From a virus: a stretch of DNA of 64,000 nucleotides. The stretch lies in the IMG/VR virus record IMGVR_UViG_3300037418_004082; one strand, 5' to 3'. The translations under genes were made by a program, and so were the position numbers. This document shows positions 1-8,732 of this stretch, piece by piece. Within the stretch, counting starts at the first letter, position 1, and every line of letters begins with the position of its first letter. The notes beneath the pieces are model-generated. The model had not been told where the DNA came from. It saw only the letters and a program-made list of their open reading frames with translations, and did no database searches.

Positions 1-429
1 GTCTCGTTCAAACAATCCGTTGGCAAGCCCTACGCGATGGGCGATGCGATGGCTCGCACCGGGCTCGACACGGCGCTCGTCGAGAAGCGTAGCGTGATGG
101 ACATCTCGACCTTCGAGATCGTGGCATATCACTCGAACTCCGTCATCACGACGCTGCTCGCCGGTCGCGCCCGCTCGTTGATCAACGTCAACCGGCGTAA
201 GCTGCAGAGCTACTTCAAGCTGCAGGACGTGAACCTCGCGACGCTGGGTGGGGCGTCCGCCAGCAAGGAGTACGACGACCTGTTCGAGGCGCACGTGCAG
301 GTCCAGGTGATGAGCCTGCCGGTCTGGACGGAGCATGACGAGCCCCAGGTAATCAGGAAGCTCTTGCTGCTGGTCCAGGCCAACGCCGCGCACCTGCTGC
401 AGCAGATGGAGCTGCCCACGCATGGCTAA
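1..429 (+). CDS. RuvC/poxvirus A22-like Holliday junction resolvase, 5'-truncated (tentative)
   Basis: Frame is open from base 1. LDTALVEK and C-terminal YDDLFEA resemble RuvC-family acidic motifs; the N-terminal catalytic strand lies outside the window. Confidence 0.4.
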   Translation, partial: VSFKQSVGKPYAMGDAMARTGLDTALVEKRSVMDISTFEIVAYHSNSVITTLLAGRARSLINVNRRKLQSYFKLQDVNLATLGGASASKEYDDLFEAHVQVQVMSLPVWTEHDEPQVIRKLLLLVQANAAHLLQQMELPTHG

Positions 430-709
430 CGAGACCCGGCGGAAGGTGGGCAAGGCCAAGGTCGTCCGCGACCGGGTCTGCAAGTGCTGCCACAAGCCCT
501 ACGCGTCCGTGCGCACGCCGGGTCCTCGCTGCGGGCCGTGCAAGCGTCGGTACGCGGAGGCCCAGAAGGAGCAGCGTCTCGCGCGGATGCCGGCATGGCT
601 GCAAGCGTTCGTGCTGCCGGAGATCCCGGCCAACCTCTCGCCCCTGGAGGGCCCGTCGCCGCTTAGGAGCCGGCGGCTTGGAAGGCAGCGCCTGGCCGAA
701 AGCGGTTAG
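422..709 (+). CDS. Small Zn-finger protein
   Basis: CKCC...RCGPC cysteine pairs, basic; overlaps the upstream stop. Confidence 0.6.
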   Translation: MANETRRKVGKAKVVRDRVCKCCHKPYASVRTPGPRCGPCKRRYAEAQKEQRLARMPAWLQAFVLPEIPANLSPLEGPSPLRSRRLGRQRLAESG

Positions 710-956
710 CCGGCGCGATCGCCTGGTGGAGCTGGCGCAGACCGACGGTCGTGTTGGAGTCGCTGCCCAGGTGCTTCTTGGCGAGGTTCGCCGCGCCGCC
801 CACGACGTTGGCCGCTCCCGCGTGCAGCTTCATCCCGACGTGCGCGACGGCGTGCCGGTCGATGTGCTGCGCCACGTCGAGGACATCGGAGGCGACGTTC
901 ACGAGCTGGCCGGCGTCGAAGGCGTGCTTGGCGAGGAAGACGTCGTAGGGACGCAC
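663..956 (-). CDS. Small putative internal head protein with MRP tag (97 aa)
   Basis: GTG start overlaps the stop of 956..1780 and reads MRPYDVFLAKHAF; this is the C-terminal part of the 663..1910 track ORF. Confidence 0.65.
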   Translation of the reverse strand: MRPYDVFLAKHAFDAGQLVNVASDVLDVAQHIDRHAVAHVGMKLHAGAANVVGGAANLAKKHLGSDSNTTVGLRQLHQAIAPANRFRPGAAFQAAGS

Positions 957-1780
957 TACGGCTCGCCGAAGACGAAGGTGTTGGCCTGGTTGCGCAGGAA
1001 GTAGATCGGCGCGTCGGTGCCCTCGCCGAACGGCACCAGGGCCAGGTACTCCACGCCGTGGCCGGCGGCCGCGTTGGCGGCGAGCTGCCAGACGTTCTTG
1101 AAGGAGACCTCGGTCTGCTGGCCGGCGCCGACGATGGCGGCGAACTCCAGGTTGAGCTTGGCGGGCGGCGTGGCCTGCGCGTCGGTGCGCACGCCCTGGC
1201 TGAACTTCATGCGGCCGATCACGCCCTCCGGGCCCTCCGCGGTGGGCTGCACGGCGTCCTCGTTGCGCTGGTAGAAGTCGGGGATCGCGACGATGTCCGT
1301 CAGGGTGGTGTCGCGGCCGATCACGAAGTCCGTGGCGTCGCTCACGCGGTCGAACACGTCCACCATGTTGCTCGCGCGCACGAACACGGCCAGGCCGTTG
1401 GCGTGCGCATACGCCACGGCGGCGTTCTGGTTGTCGCGCGAGCACAGCGGGTGCTCGAAGCCGAAGTCGTCGATGAACACGCCCGCGAGCGCGCTGCCGA
1501 TGGCGGCCTTCCACGCGTCCACCTGCGCCTCCCACGCGGGCAGGTCCAGGCTCGTGCCCAGGCTGGTGTAGCCGAAGAACTTGCCGATGGGGTTGTCCAC
1601 GCGGTAGGCGGCGGCCATCGACTTGAGGAAGTTCATCTCGCTGCCGGCCGCGAGCGGCAGGGCGGCCACGACCACGTCGAACTGCGCGAGCGCGCCCATC
1701 ACGGCGCCGGGGGTGGCGAGGCCGCCCAGGGTCGAGAGCGGACCGCGGAAGATCAGCAGGTTGTTCTTCGAGAAGGGCAT
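956..1780 (-). CDS. Putative TIM-barrel glycoside hydrolase-like protein
   Basis: Alternating beta/alpha pattern with KFFGYTSLG and LAGVFIDDFG, reminiscent of GH114/spherulin-4-type barrels. Confidence 0.45.
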   Translation of the reverse strand: MPFSKNNLLIFRGPLSTLGGLATPGAVMGALAQFDVVVAALPLAAGSEMNFLKSMAAAYRVDNPIGKFFGYTSLGTSLDLPAWEAQVDAWKAAIGSALAGVFIDDFGFEHPLCSRDNQNAAVAYAHANGLAVFVRASNMVDVFDRVSDATDFVIGRDTTLTDIVAIPDFYQRNEDAVQPTAEGPEGVIGRMKFSQGVRTDAQATPPAKLNLEFAAIVGAGQQTEVSFKNVWQLAANAAAGHGVEYLALVPFGEGTDAPIYFLRNQANTFVFGEP

Positions 1781-1791
1781 GGCGAGCCTCC

Positions 1792-2598
1792 TTACGGCGT
1801 GCGCGAGTAGAAGATCGAGATGGACTCACCCACCTGGGGCTTGTGGCCGTCGGCGATCGTGAAGGTCTTGCCGACGCGGGTCCACAGATCGCTGGGCAGT
1901 TCGATGGCACCGGAGATGAAGATGCGTGGCGCCGGGGTGGGGAAGACGGTCTGGCTGACCGTGAAGACGCCGTTGCCGTCGAAGCCGTCGGTGCTGTCCA
2001 CCACGCCCACGGGGGTCTCGCCTTGCATGAACGTCTGGTTGGGGCTGTCGTCCACCACGGTGCTGCCGTCGTCGGAGCCCACCTGCATCTCGATCACCTG
2101 AACCACCTCGCCCTCCTCGCGGCCGGTGGTGAACAGGATGTGCTGGTTGTCCTGCTCCGTGTAGTCGCCCTCGGCGAGCACGCTGCCGGAGAACACGAGC
2201 AACCGGTTCTGGCCCATCTGGTAGGTCTCGGGCTGGCCGCCCACGGTGAGCGCGAAGCTGGTCTGGCCGTCGGTCGCGACGATGGGGTCGTACTTCTTGA
2301 AGCGCACGCTTTTGAGGTCCAGCGCGGCCACGTCGGACGCGAGCTGGTTGAGCGTGACGGCGCCACCACCCGAGGTCGCGCCGATGCCCACGGAGCCTTC
2401 GAACACGACGTTGCCGAAGACGTGGAAGTCGTCGCCCACATGCAGGTGGCCGTCCGGGCCCAAGCGCATCAGCTTGTCGGCGGCCGACAAGCTGCCGGGC
2501 TCGCCGGAGTCCGCGATCTTGAAGCCGTGGATCGCGACGGACGACGACGCCTTTCGCTGGACGTGGTTGTGGATCGTGACGAACATCTTGCCGAACAT
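1792..2598 (-). CDS. Virion structural protein with small beta-sandwich repeats (collar/fibre-like)
   Basis: Modules ATDGQTSF...GDY...ILF...EGEVVQV and ...PQVGESISIFY match the type in 28228..29727. Confidence 0.55.
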   Translation of the reverse strand: MFGKMFVTIHNHVQRKASSSVAIHGFKIADSGEPGSLSAADKLMRLGPDGHLHVGDDFHVFGNVVFEGSVGIGATSGGGAVTLNQLASDVAALDLKSVRFKKYDPIVATDGQTSFALTVGGQPETYQMGQNRLLVFSGSVLAEGDYTEQDNQHILFTTGREEGEVVQVIEMQVGSDDGSTVVDDSPNQTFMQGETPVGVVDSTDGFDGNGVFTVSQTVFPTPAPRIFISGAIELPSDLWTRVGKTFTIADGHKPQVGESISIFYSRTP

Positions 2599-3059
2599 TA
2601 GGACACCGCCTTCGCTTCCGTGAGGATGTTCTCGCTATCCCCGTCGTACGTGAAGGTCGTCGTGACCGTGCCTTCCGTCGTCGCCTCGACGAGTTCGGTG
2701 ATGCGACCCAGCGAGTCGTAGACGGTCGGCGTGACGGTCTTGACGACGGTGGAGCCGTCCTTCTCTTTGACGTCCACCAGCATGTCGCTGGAGTCGTAGG
2801 TGTACGCGCGGTTGCGCGTGTCGATGTCGAGCGTGATGGCCTTGTTCAGGAAGAACGACGTGTTGCTGTTGCCCGCCTGGAGCTTGTCCGTGACGAGCAG
2901 GTTCTTGGCCTTGATGAAGCCATCCGCGAACACCAGCTCGCCCGCGAGCGGCAGCGTGCCGTCGGGCTGTGCCGCGAGCGACATGATCGTGAGGTTCAGG
3001 AGGGACGCGCCCGTCAGATCGACGTCGTCATCCCAGATAATTTGGCGTGCGCGGATCAT
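2598..3059 (-). CDS. Putative structural protein with YD-like repeats
   Basis: TYDSSDML, VYDSLGRI, FTYDGD; coupled to the downstream gene. Confidence 0.55.
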   Translation of the reverse strand: MIRARQIIWDDDVDLTGASLLNLTIMSLAAQPDGTLPLAGELVFADGFIKAKNLLVTDKLQAGNSNTSFFLNKAITLDIDTRNRAYTYDSSDMLVDVKEKDGSTVVKTVTPTVYDSLGRITELVEATTEGTVTTTFTYDGDSENILTEAKAVS

Positions 3060-3121
3060 GCTGACTTCTCCCCGGTCCGTCTACCTTGATCATACGCCGG
3101 AGGGGTCCAGCGTCCCCAAGG

Positions 3122-3580
3122 CTAGTCCGTGGTGATCTCCTGCAGCACCACGGCGCGCTTGAACTCGCCGCCCGGTTGGATCGTGACCACGAGCTGGATG
3201 TTGTCGGACACGAGCGGGAAGCTGCCCACGTCGAAGGTAGCCGGCGGCGACGACGGGTAGGTCTTGATGATCTGCCAGGTGGCGTTCTTGCCTTCGACGA
3301 TGACGTCCTTGTGCTTGAGCGCGTACTCGTACGTGATCGCCTCGAACACGACCACGCCGGGGCTGGTGCTCGACGAAGGGACGGAGAGCTTGTCCGTCGT
3401 GATGACGACTTCAGGCGTCGTGGACAGCACGTCCTCGCCTCGGCCGAACAGCTCGTAGCGATCCTGCGAGAGCACCTTGACGATCGCCGTCAGCCCCAGA
3501 AACACTTCCTTGGTGAGGCGCATGGGATTCTCGGCGAGCGCGAGCGCGTTCGTGAGGAGCATCTGCGTGACCTTGAACAT
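3122..3580 (-). CDS. Hypothetical beta-rich structural protein (152 aa)
   Basis: ATG at 3580 after GGAGGA, reads MFKVTQML. Confidence 0.6.
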   Translation of the reverse strand: MFKVTQMLLTNALALAENPMRLTKEVFLGLTAIVKVLSQDRYELFGRGEDVLSTTPEVVITTDKLSVPSSSTSPGVVVFEAITYEYALKHKDVIVEGKNATWQIIKTYPSSPPATFDVGSFPLVSDNIQLVVTIQPGGEFKRAVVLQEITTD

Positions 3581-3582
3581 GG

Positions 3583-4143
3583 CTATTCCTCCATGCGACG
3601 CGCGACGTCGCGGTAGTAATCGAGGGCCGACTGCTTTTCGAAGCTGAAGCCATTCTGCGAGGGCAGGTGGTACATGGGCGGTTGGGGCGGCGTTGGCGCG
3701 GGCGGGTGCACGGCATCCATCACGGCCTTGCCGGCCAGCCCGACGCCCGCGGCGTTGCCCGCCCACATCACGCCGCGCTGGACGGTCAGCTTGTTGCCCT
3801 TGGTGGAGTCCATCATGTTGATGGGGTTGAACATGCCCCCGGGGCCCTTGAGCTTCTCCGCGCCGTACTCCTTGCCGGGACCCCAGTTCATGAAGCCGCG
3901 AACCATGTCGTCGCCGCTACGCCCCGCGCGTCGCATCTGCGAGCCCGTGGTGATGAGCTTCTGCCCTACGCCCGTCGCACCCATGCCGCGCAGACCCTGG
4001 CCCGCCCATCGTGCAACGTGGCCCGCGGCGCCCGCGAGCGACGGGATCATCGTGGCCGCGCCCATGCCATTGGCGACGCCGGCCAGGGCGCCCAGGAAGG
4101 CTTCCTTCTCCAGCTCCTGCATGTAGAACTCGTGCGGCCTCAT
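3583..4143 (-). CDS. Gly/Ala-rich putative internal head protein with MRP tag (186 aa)
   Basis: Starts MRPHEFYMQELEKEAF after a GGAGG SD; hydrophobic Gly-rich segments; second motif EKQSA near the C-terminus. Confidence 0.7.
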   Translation of the reverse strand: MRPHEFYMQELEKEAFLGALAGVANGMGAATMIPSLAGAAGHVARWAGQGLRGMGATGVGQKLITTGSQMRRAGRSGDDMVRGFMNWGPGKEYGAEKLKGPGGMFNPINMMDSTKGNKLTVQRGVMWAGNAAGVGLAGKAVMDAVHPPAPTPPQPPMYHLPSQNGFSFEKQSALDYYRDVARRMEE

Positions 4144-5294
4144 GATTCCTCCATGGCGCGCCGGTAAAGCGCGGTGATGACCACCTCCGCGAGGGCGGCG
4201 TTCAAGGCGAGTCGGGTGCCACCGTGCTGGTCGGCGAACGGCTTGGGGATCTCCTTGGTGACGGTCTGCGCCCAGGCCACCAGGTCGGGCCCGGTATCGA
4301 ACGCCCAGCACACCAGCGCGGTGAGCGCGGCCGTCGTCTGTGGGATGGTCTTGGTGAAGTTGTCGAACGTGACGGCCAGGCCCTCGTCCACCAGGCGGAC
4401 GGCACGTACACGGGTCGCAAGCCCGTCGTCGAGTGCCTTGTAGAAGGCGGCCTCTGACGTGTAGGCGTTGATGCCCTCGCGCAGCACCGCCGACAGGTCC
4501 ACGTGAGCGTGCGCCTTCACGGCCTGCACGACGGCAGTCTGCTGCAGGGCGGACAGGGGTGCGAGCAGGTGCTTGATCTCCCGGCTCATGACGGCCGGGT
4601 CGATCTTGCGCGACAGCACCTTGAGCGTGGCCTTGGTCACGTGCTCCAGGACATTCTCGCCGTCGAGCGACACCACGAAGTCGTGGCTCGCGAGCAGCAG
4701 CATGTGCTTGATCCACTTCTGGTTCTTGCTGACCAACGAGATGTTGTTGGTGCAACGACGCAGGGCGGCGATGGTGTCGGCTGACACCTTCTGGATCGCA
4801 ACCGCACGCTCGTCACGGCACACGAGCATCTCGTCGTCCGTCACGATGACACGAGGCTTCTTGCCACGCAGACGCGACAAACCGAAGATGCCTTCCTGGT
4901 TGAAGTAGTGCTTGCCCTTGCCGAACACGTGGTAGCGCTTCTTCGCCAGCTCGCCCGACGCGTCGGTGTCGTTGATGACGACCATCGTCACGGTCTTCCC
5001 GTTCATGTAAGGGAAGATCCAGCCGCCGACCTCTCCGGGCAACGTCTCGAACAGCGTCTTGCTTACGACGTGCTGGAAGTGGTCCTTGCCCGGGTAGAAG
5101 CCCAGCTTGAGCTTGTCGGCGTCCGTGAACTCCGGCAGGTCGAAGCGTTCGAGCTGCTCCTGGCCGATCCGCACGAACGACTCCAGGCGCGAGGTCTTGG
5201 GCTCGTCCTTGGGCGGCAACTTGGGCAGCGGACGCAGGGGCGGCAGGCCGCGCTGGAACGGGTCGTTCAAGGGGCTGTGGGTGGGTGCGAACAT
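4140..5294 (-). CDS. Degenerate DnaG/Toprim primase-like protein
   Basis: WIFPY...GIFGL...PRVIVTDDE follows the DnaG catalytic-core layout but lacks the canonical EG and DxD motifs. Confidence 0.35.
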   Translation of the reverse strand: MFAPTHSPLNDPFQRGLPPLRPLPKLPPKDEPKTSRLESFVRIGQEQLERFDLPEFTDADKLKLGFYPGKDHFQHVVSKTLFETLPGEVGGWIFPYMNGKTVTMVVINDTDASGELAKKRYHVFGKGKHYFNQEGIFGLSRLRGKKPRVIVTDDEMLVCRDERAVAIQKVSADTIAALRRCTNNISLVSKNQKWIKHMLLLASHDFVVSLDGENVLEHVTKATLKVLSRKIDPAVMSREIKHLLAPLSALQQTAVVQAVKAHAHVDLSAVLREGINAYTSEAAFYKALDDGLATRVRAVRLVDEGLAVTFDNFTKTIPQTTAALTALVCWAFDTGPDLVAWAQTVTKEIPKPFADQHGGTRLALNAALAEVVITALYRRAMEES

Positions 5295-5296
5295 GG

Positions 5297-6010
5297 CTAG
5301 AACTGGTTGAAGGTGAAGCGGGGATCCACGGGGTTCTGCTTCGCGAGGATCTTGCGCTTGGCCTCCATGAGGTAGGCCGCGCGGTGCGCGCCTTCGGCCA
5401 GGAGTCCGACCGCACCGCCCGCGACCGCGGCGTGCAGGGGCGCCACCGACGCGAGCGCACCGGCGATGGCACCGGTGCGGGTGCCAGCGAAGCGCTTGGC
5501 GGCGAGCGCGAGGGCCGCGCCGGCCAGGGCGCCGCCGTAGGGGCCCGGGTGGAACGTCGAGATGGCGGGGTGCTTGAACTGGTAGTCGTGTTCGAACCGG
5601 TGGTCCGCGAAGTGGCCGGCGACGGGCGGCGTGATCGCGATGGCCTCGAAGGGGATCGATGCCTTCTTGGTCTTCCAGCGCAGGCGCGGATCGGTCGGGT
5701 CCTGGCCGTCGAGCAGACGGCGGCGCGCGTTCATGAGGAAGTGGTAGCGGTGCAGGGCTTCGACGCCCATGCCCGCGGCCAGGCCGCCGGAGAAGCCGGC
5801 CATCGGATGGCCGTGCTTGGCACCATAGGCGAGCCCCGCGGCGGCCGCGCCGTAGGAGAGCGGGTGCAGCATCGACATGATGGGGTGCTGCAGTTGATAA
5901 TCCGCTTCGAGGTGATGATCGGCGTAGGGGCCCGCGGGAGACGGCGCGTCACCAATCCAAGCGAACGGCGCTTCGTCGGCCTGCTTGTACCCTTGCGGGA
6001 ACTGGTTCAT
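5297..6010 (-). CDS. Putative head protein with two tandem glycine-rich hydrophobic domains (237 aa)
   Basis: Start MNQFPQGYKQA at 6010; internal duplication ADHHLEADYQLQHP / ADHRFEHDYQFKHP through QDPTDPRL / QNPVDPRF. Confidence 0.7.
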   Translation of the reverse strand: MNQFPQGYKQADEAPFAWIGDAPSPAGPYADHHLEADYQLQHPIMSMLHPLSYGAAAAGLAYGAKHGHPMAGFSGGLAAGMGVEALHRYHFLMNARRRLLDGQDPTDPRLRWKTKKASIPFEAIAITPPVAGHFADHRFEHDYQFKHPAISTFHPGPYGGALAGAALALAAKRFAGTRTGAIAGALASVAPLHAAVAGGAVGLLAEGAHRAAYLMEAKRKILAKQNPVDPRFTFNQF

Positions 6011-6020
6011 GGAGGACCTC

Positions 6021-6401
6021 ATGCTACTGGAAGACCACGACGTGCTGCTCGTGACGAGCAAGACGGCGCCGAACGTGCAGGTGATGAACGCCTTCGGGAC
6101 GCCCGTTCTGACCACGTCGCTCCCGGACGATCGGCTACCGACATCATCAGTCGAAGCAGCCGTTTATGGCCTAACGCTCGCGCGCGACATGGGCTACCGT
6201 CGGGTGGCGCACCAGGTAGAGGCCCTGGCGACGGCCAAGAAGATCGCGGCCGACGGTCGCTACCGATCCCTGCGAGACGCGTTCGAGCGCGTCGATCTGA
6301 CGGCACCGGATGATAATTCTGCGTGTCCAGCGACGTTCCTTGCCGCGAAGTCGCGCGAGGCGGACGCGGCCGTGGAAGAGCGAGACGATGACGACCCCTA
6401 A
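6021..6401 (+). CDS. RNase H-fold protein, probably inactive (126 aa)
   Basis: GGAGG SD then MLLEDH; VEAAVYGLTLARDMGYRRV resembles the RNase HI helix motif, but the catalytic Asp residues are not evident. Confidence 0.4.
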   Translation: MLLEDHDVLLVTSKTAPNVQVMNAFGTPVLTTSLPDDRLPTSSVEAAVYGLTLARDMGYRRVAHQVEALATAKKIAADGRYRSLRDAFERVDLTAPDDNSACPATFLAAKSREADAAVEERDDDDP

Positions 6402-6582
6402 CTGGAAAGAGATCGACCACAAGTTGAGCCAGGAGCGCATCAATTTCGCGCGGCCCAAGAAGCTGCTGGCGTGCCCGTGCTGCCGGTGCACGGACATCGT
6501 GGTGGTGCCCGACGAGGAGAACCCGTTGGAGCAGATCGCCACGTGCGACGACTGCGAGTACGAGTGGGTGATCCCTACCTGA
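6388..6582 (+). CDS. Small Zn-ribbon protein (64 aa)
   Basis: CPCCRC...TCDDCEYEW. Confidence 0.6.
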   Translation: MTTPNWKEIDHKLSQERINFARPKKLLACPCCRCTDIVVVPDEENPLEQIATCDDCEYEWVIPT

Positions 6583-8155
6583 TACCACCCGTCGTGGCAA
6601 GGTGGAATAGGAGCAACGCGTACACGCACACGTGGCAGAAGTCGTCGGGCGTTGCTTCGTCGTGATCGTATTTGATCTTGTCGTTTAGATTACGATCATC
6701 GAGTGGTTCTTCATAGACCGCGAGAATATCCGACGCGTAATATTCGAAGAAACCATCCCAGTACGGGAAGTTGAAGTCCTGCATACGCATCTTCACGAAG
6801 GTTTCCGTCATCGCTTGCGTGCGATTGACGTTCCACACCTCGTTCTTTTCACTCCACTTGATGAGTTCCATTTGCTCGCCCACGTACATGAAGCGATGTA
6901 CGTTCTTGCGGAGCTTTTGCTCCAGCAGGCGGCTCTGGGCGAAACCCGCACCCCAGTCCACACCGATCATGTCGGCGCCGTAGCCTTGGATGGTGGCCGC
7001 GATCATGTCCACCTGCTTGATCACGTCGCGCTCCAGGTAGCGCTCCGCGAACAGCAGCTTCAGCTTGCCCTCGCCGGTCACACCCCAGATGGCGAGCACC
7101 GTGAAGCTCTTGCGGGCGGTCGCGCCCCAGTCGATGGTCGCGAAGACCGCGAAGTAGTGCTCGTCCTGCGGGATGTAGCCCTCGTCGAGCGGCTCGTAAT
7201 CCCGGCAGCAGGCGCGCAGATCGTCCTCCGACAAGAGCGTGATGCCGGAGCCCGCGGAGTGGCCCATCACCTCGTTCAAGAAGCGGACCGGGTCGATGTC
7301 GCCGTGCTTCTTGCCGACGATCGTCGCCCACTTCTTGGCGTCCTCGGTGTGCATGGGCAAGATGATCTGCGGGATGCGGAAGCCGACCCAGGGCTTCTTG
7401 TTGGTGGTGTACTCACCGTTGGTGGCGTACCAGCGGCCCAAGCGCACGTCGCACAGCGCCTTGCACTTCTTGCAGATGAAGCCCTTCATCCCGATGTTGT
7501 CCGGGCTGGGGATGTTCCAGTGGCCGCTGGGGCATGGCACGATCCACTCGTTCATGGTGGACTTGCGCCACGTGCTCTCCAGGATGTTGCCCACGGTCTT
7601 CGCCGTGCCGGTACGCATGACGAACTGCTTGTCGGACGGCTGACCCGACATAACCTCTTCAATGACTTCGAGGTCGTCGCTCACCATGTCCTGGATCTCG
7701 TCCTCGTTCACGGTGTTGGCGGACAGACCACGTAGCGATTCCATCTGGCTTGTCGAGCCGAAGTGCATGACGGAGCCGTTCGCAAGCGTGCGCATCGACA
7801 CGTTGTTGATGCAGTCCTTGTCCATCATCCATTCCTGGATCTCCGGGGACGTCTTGATGAGCGGCGCGACACGTAGGCTGGAGAACGAGCGGCTCTGCGC
7901 CAACGACGGGTGAACGGTCAGCGATTCCCAGAAGGCAACGCCGGCCGCCTGCGACACGCAGCCCGTCGAAACGGTGGTGGACTTCGACACCTGACGGCCG
8001 GACATGATGACCGTCTTGGGGGCGTTCAGCGCGTAGACCGCCCAGAGCGGCGGGTAGTTTTCGAGCGAAAACTGCTTCCCCTTGAGGCGGAAAAGCGTTT
8101 CTGCGATCGTCCTGCGATCCGTGATAATCTCGAACGGATTGGCTTCGCTTGTCAT
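6575..8155 (-). CDS. terL: Terminase large subunit (GpA-like ATPase plus nuclease)
   Basis: Walker A-like SGRQVSKST, Walker B NEDEIQD, GTAKT coupling motif, Zn finger, nuclease motifs TIDWG, GVDWG and C-terminal PDDFCH. Start placed at MTSEANPF. Confidence 0.9.
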   Translation of the reverse strand: MTSEANPFEIITDRRTIAETLFRLKGKQFSLENYPPLWAVYALNAPKTVIMSGRQVSKSTTVSTGCVSQAAGVAFWESLTVHPSLAQSRSFSSLRVAPLIKTSPEIQEWMMDKDCINNVSMRTLANGSVMHFGSTSQMESLRGLSANTVNEDEIQDMVSDDLEVIEEVMSGQPSDKQFVMRTGTAKTVGNILESTWRKSTMNEWIVPCPSGHWNIPSPDNIGMKGFICKKCKALCDVRLGRWYATNGEYTTNKKPWVGFRIPQIILPMHTEDAKKWATIVGKKHGDIDPVRFLNEVMGHSAGSGITLLSEDDLRACCRDYEPLDEGYIPQDEHYFAVFATIDWGATARKSFTVLAIWGVTGEGKLKLLFAERYLERDVIKQVDMIAATIQGYGADMIGVDWGAGFAQSRLLEQKLRKNVHRFMYVGEQMELIKWSEKNEVWNVNRTQAMTETFVKMRMQDFNFPYWDGFFEYYASDILAVYEEPLDDRNLNDKIKYDHDEATPDDFCHVCVYALLLFHLATTGGIR

Positions 8156-8170
8156 GTCACCCGACGCGTA

Positions 8171-8179
8171 TGCTATAGT
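8171..8179 (+). promoter_or_regulatory. Extended -10 sigma70-type promoter (TGcTATAGT)
   Basis: TGnTATAGT in the divergent intergenic region upstream of 8226. Confidence 0.45.
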
Positions 8180-8225
8180 CGTAGTGTACCCGCTTTGACG
8201 TCGTTTTGGAAGGAGACCTTCACGC

Positions 8226-8627
8226 ATGTCCACGCAAACCCCCGTCTTCACGACCGGTTTCCAGTTGCCCGTCGAGCGTCAAGGTCCCAGTGACCTCGCG
8301 CCCGAGCTGCGCGTTCACGGCATGGTGTACAAGGGCCAGACGACCCCCTACACGGAGATCGAGGAGTTCACCGGCAGCAACGACGAGCTGGTGATCAAGT
8401 TCCGCGAGGTCGAGACCAACGGCGTCAAGACCAAGCGCGAGGACATGATCTTCGACGTGGACGCGGAGAACGCGGAGGTCATGCTCTCGATCCCGCAGAT
8501 CATCAGCAAGCACATGCGCCAGATGGGCGTCGCGCAGTACGACCGCGAGAAGGACCCCGACTGCAACACCATCATCAACGCGCCCACGTACAACTTCCGC
8601 CGCGTGCGCCCCAAGAAGGGTCGCTAA
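8226..8627 (+). CDS. Hypothetical protein
   Basis: GGAGA SD, coding-like GC3 bias, followed by a terminator. Confidence 0.7.
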   Translation: MSTQTPVFTTGFQLPVERQGPSDLAPELRVHGMVYKGQTTPYTEIEEFTGSNDELVIKFREVETNGVKTKREDMIFDVDAENAEVMLSIPQIISKHMRQMGVAQYDREKDPDCNTIINAPTYNFRRVRPKKGR

Positions 8628-8650
8628 CCGCGTCGCACGACGTCAACGAG

Positions 8651-8679
8651 AGGAGCCGGCAGCTTTGTCGGCTCCTTTT
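8651..8679 (+). terminator. Intrinsic terminator
   Basis: AGGAGCCGGCA-gctt-TGTCGGCTCCT followed by TTT. Confidence 0.7.
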
Positions 8680-8689
8680 GCATGGAGCG

Positions 8690-8696
8690 GATAATT
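8690..8696 (+). promoter_or_regulatory. Candidate late promoter GATAATT
   Basis: 36 nt upstream of 8733, just after a terminator. Confidence 0.6.
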
Positions 8697-8732
8697 CACT
8701 CGTCGATCGATACCAGTAGGAGACCGCCGCGC

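Noticed and set aside
2-14. 13-nt match TCTCGTTCAAACA with 63240..63252
   Set aside because: Too short, both copies are coding (SFKQ), and the flanks do not extend; no evidence for a terminal repeat.
3036-3042. GATAATT copies at 3036 and 6312 as promoters
   Set aside because: Both lie in coding sequence; 3036 is antisense to its operon. About one chance hit is expected, so they were not listed as features.
6575-8155. Intein or intron in terminase, portal or capsid genes
   Set aside because: No C/S...HN splice motifs, no LAGLIDADG blocks and no frame interruptions.
8251-8251. Track start of the terminase at 8251
   Set aside because: It would overlap the divergent 8226 gene and its promoter; 8155 was preferred, though its SD is weak.
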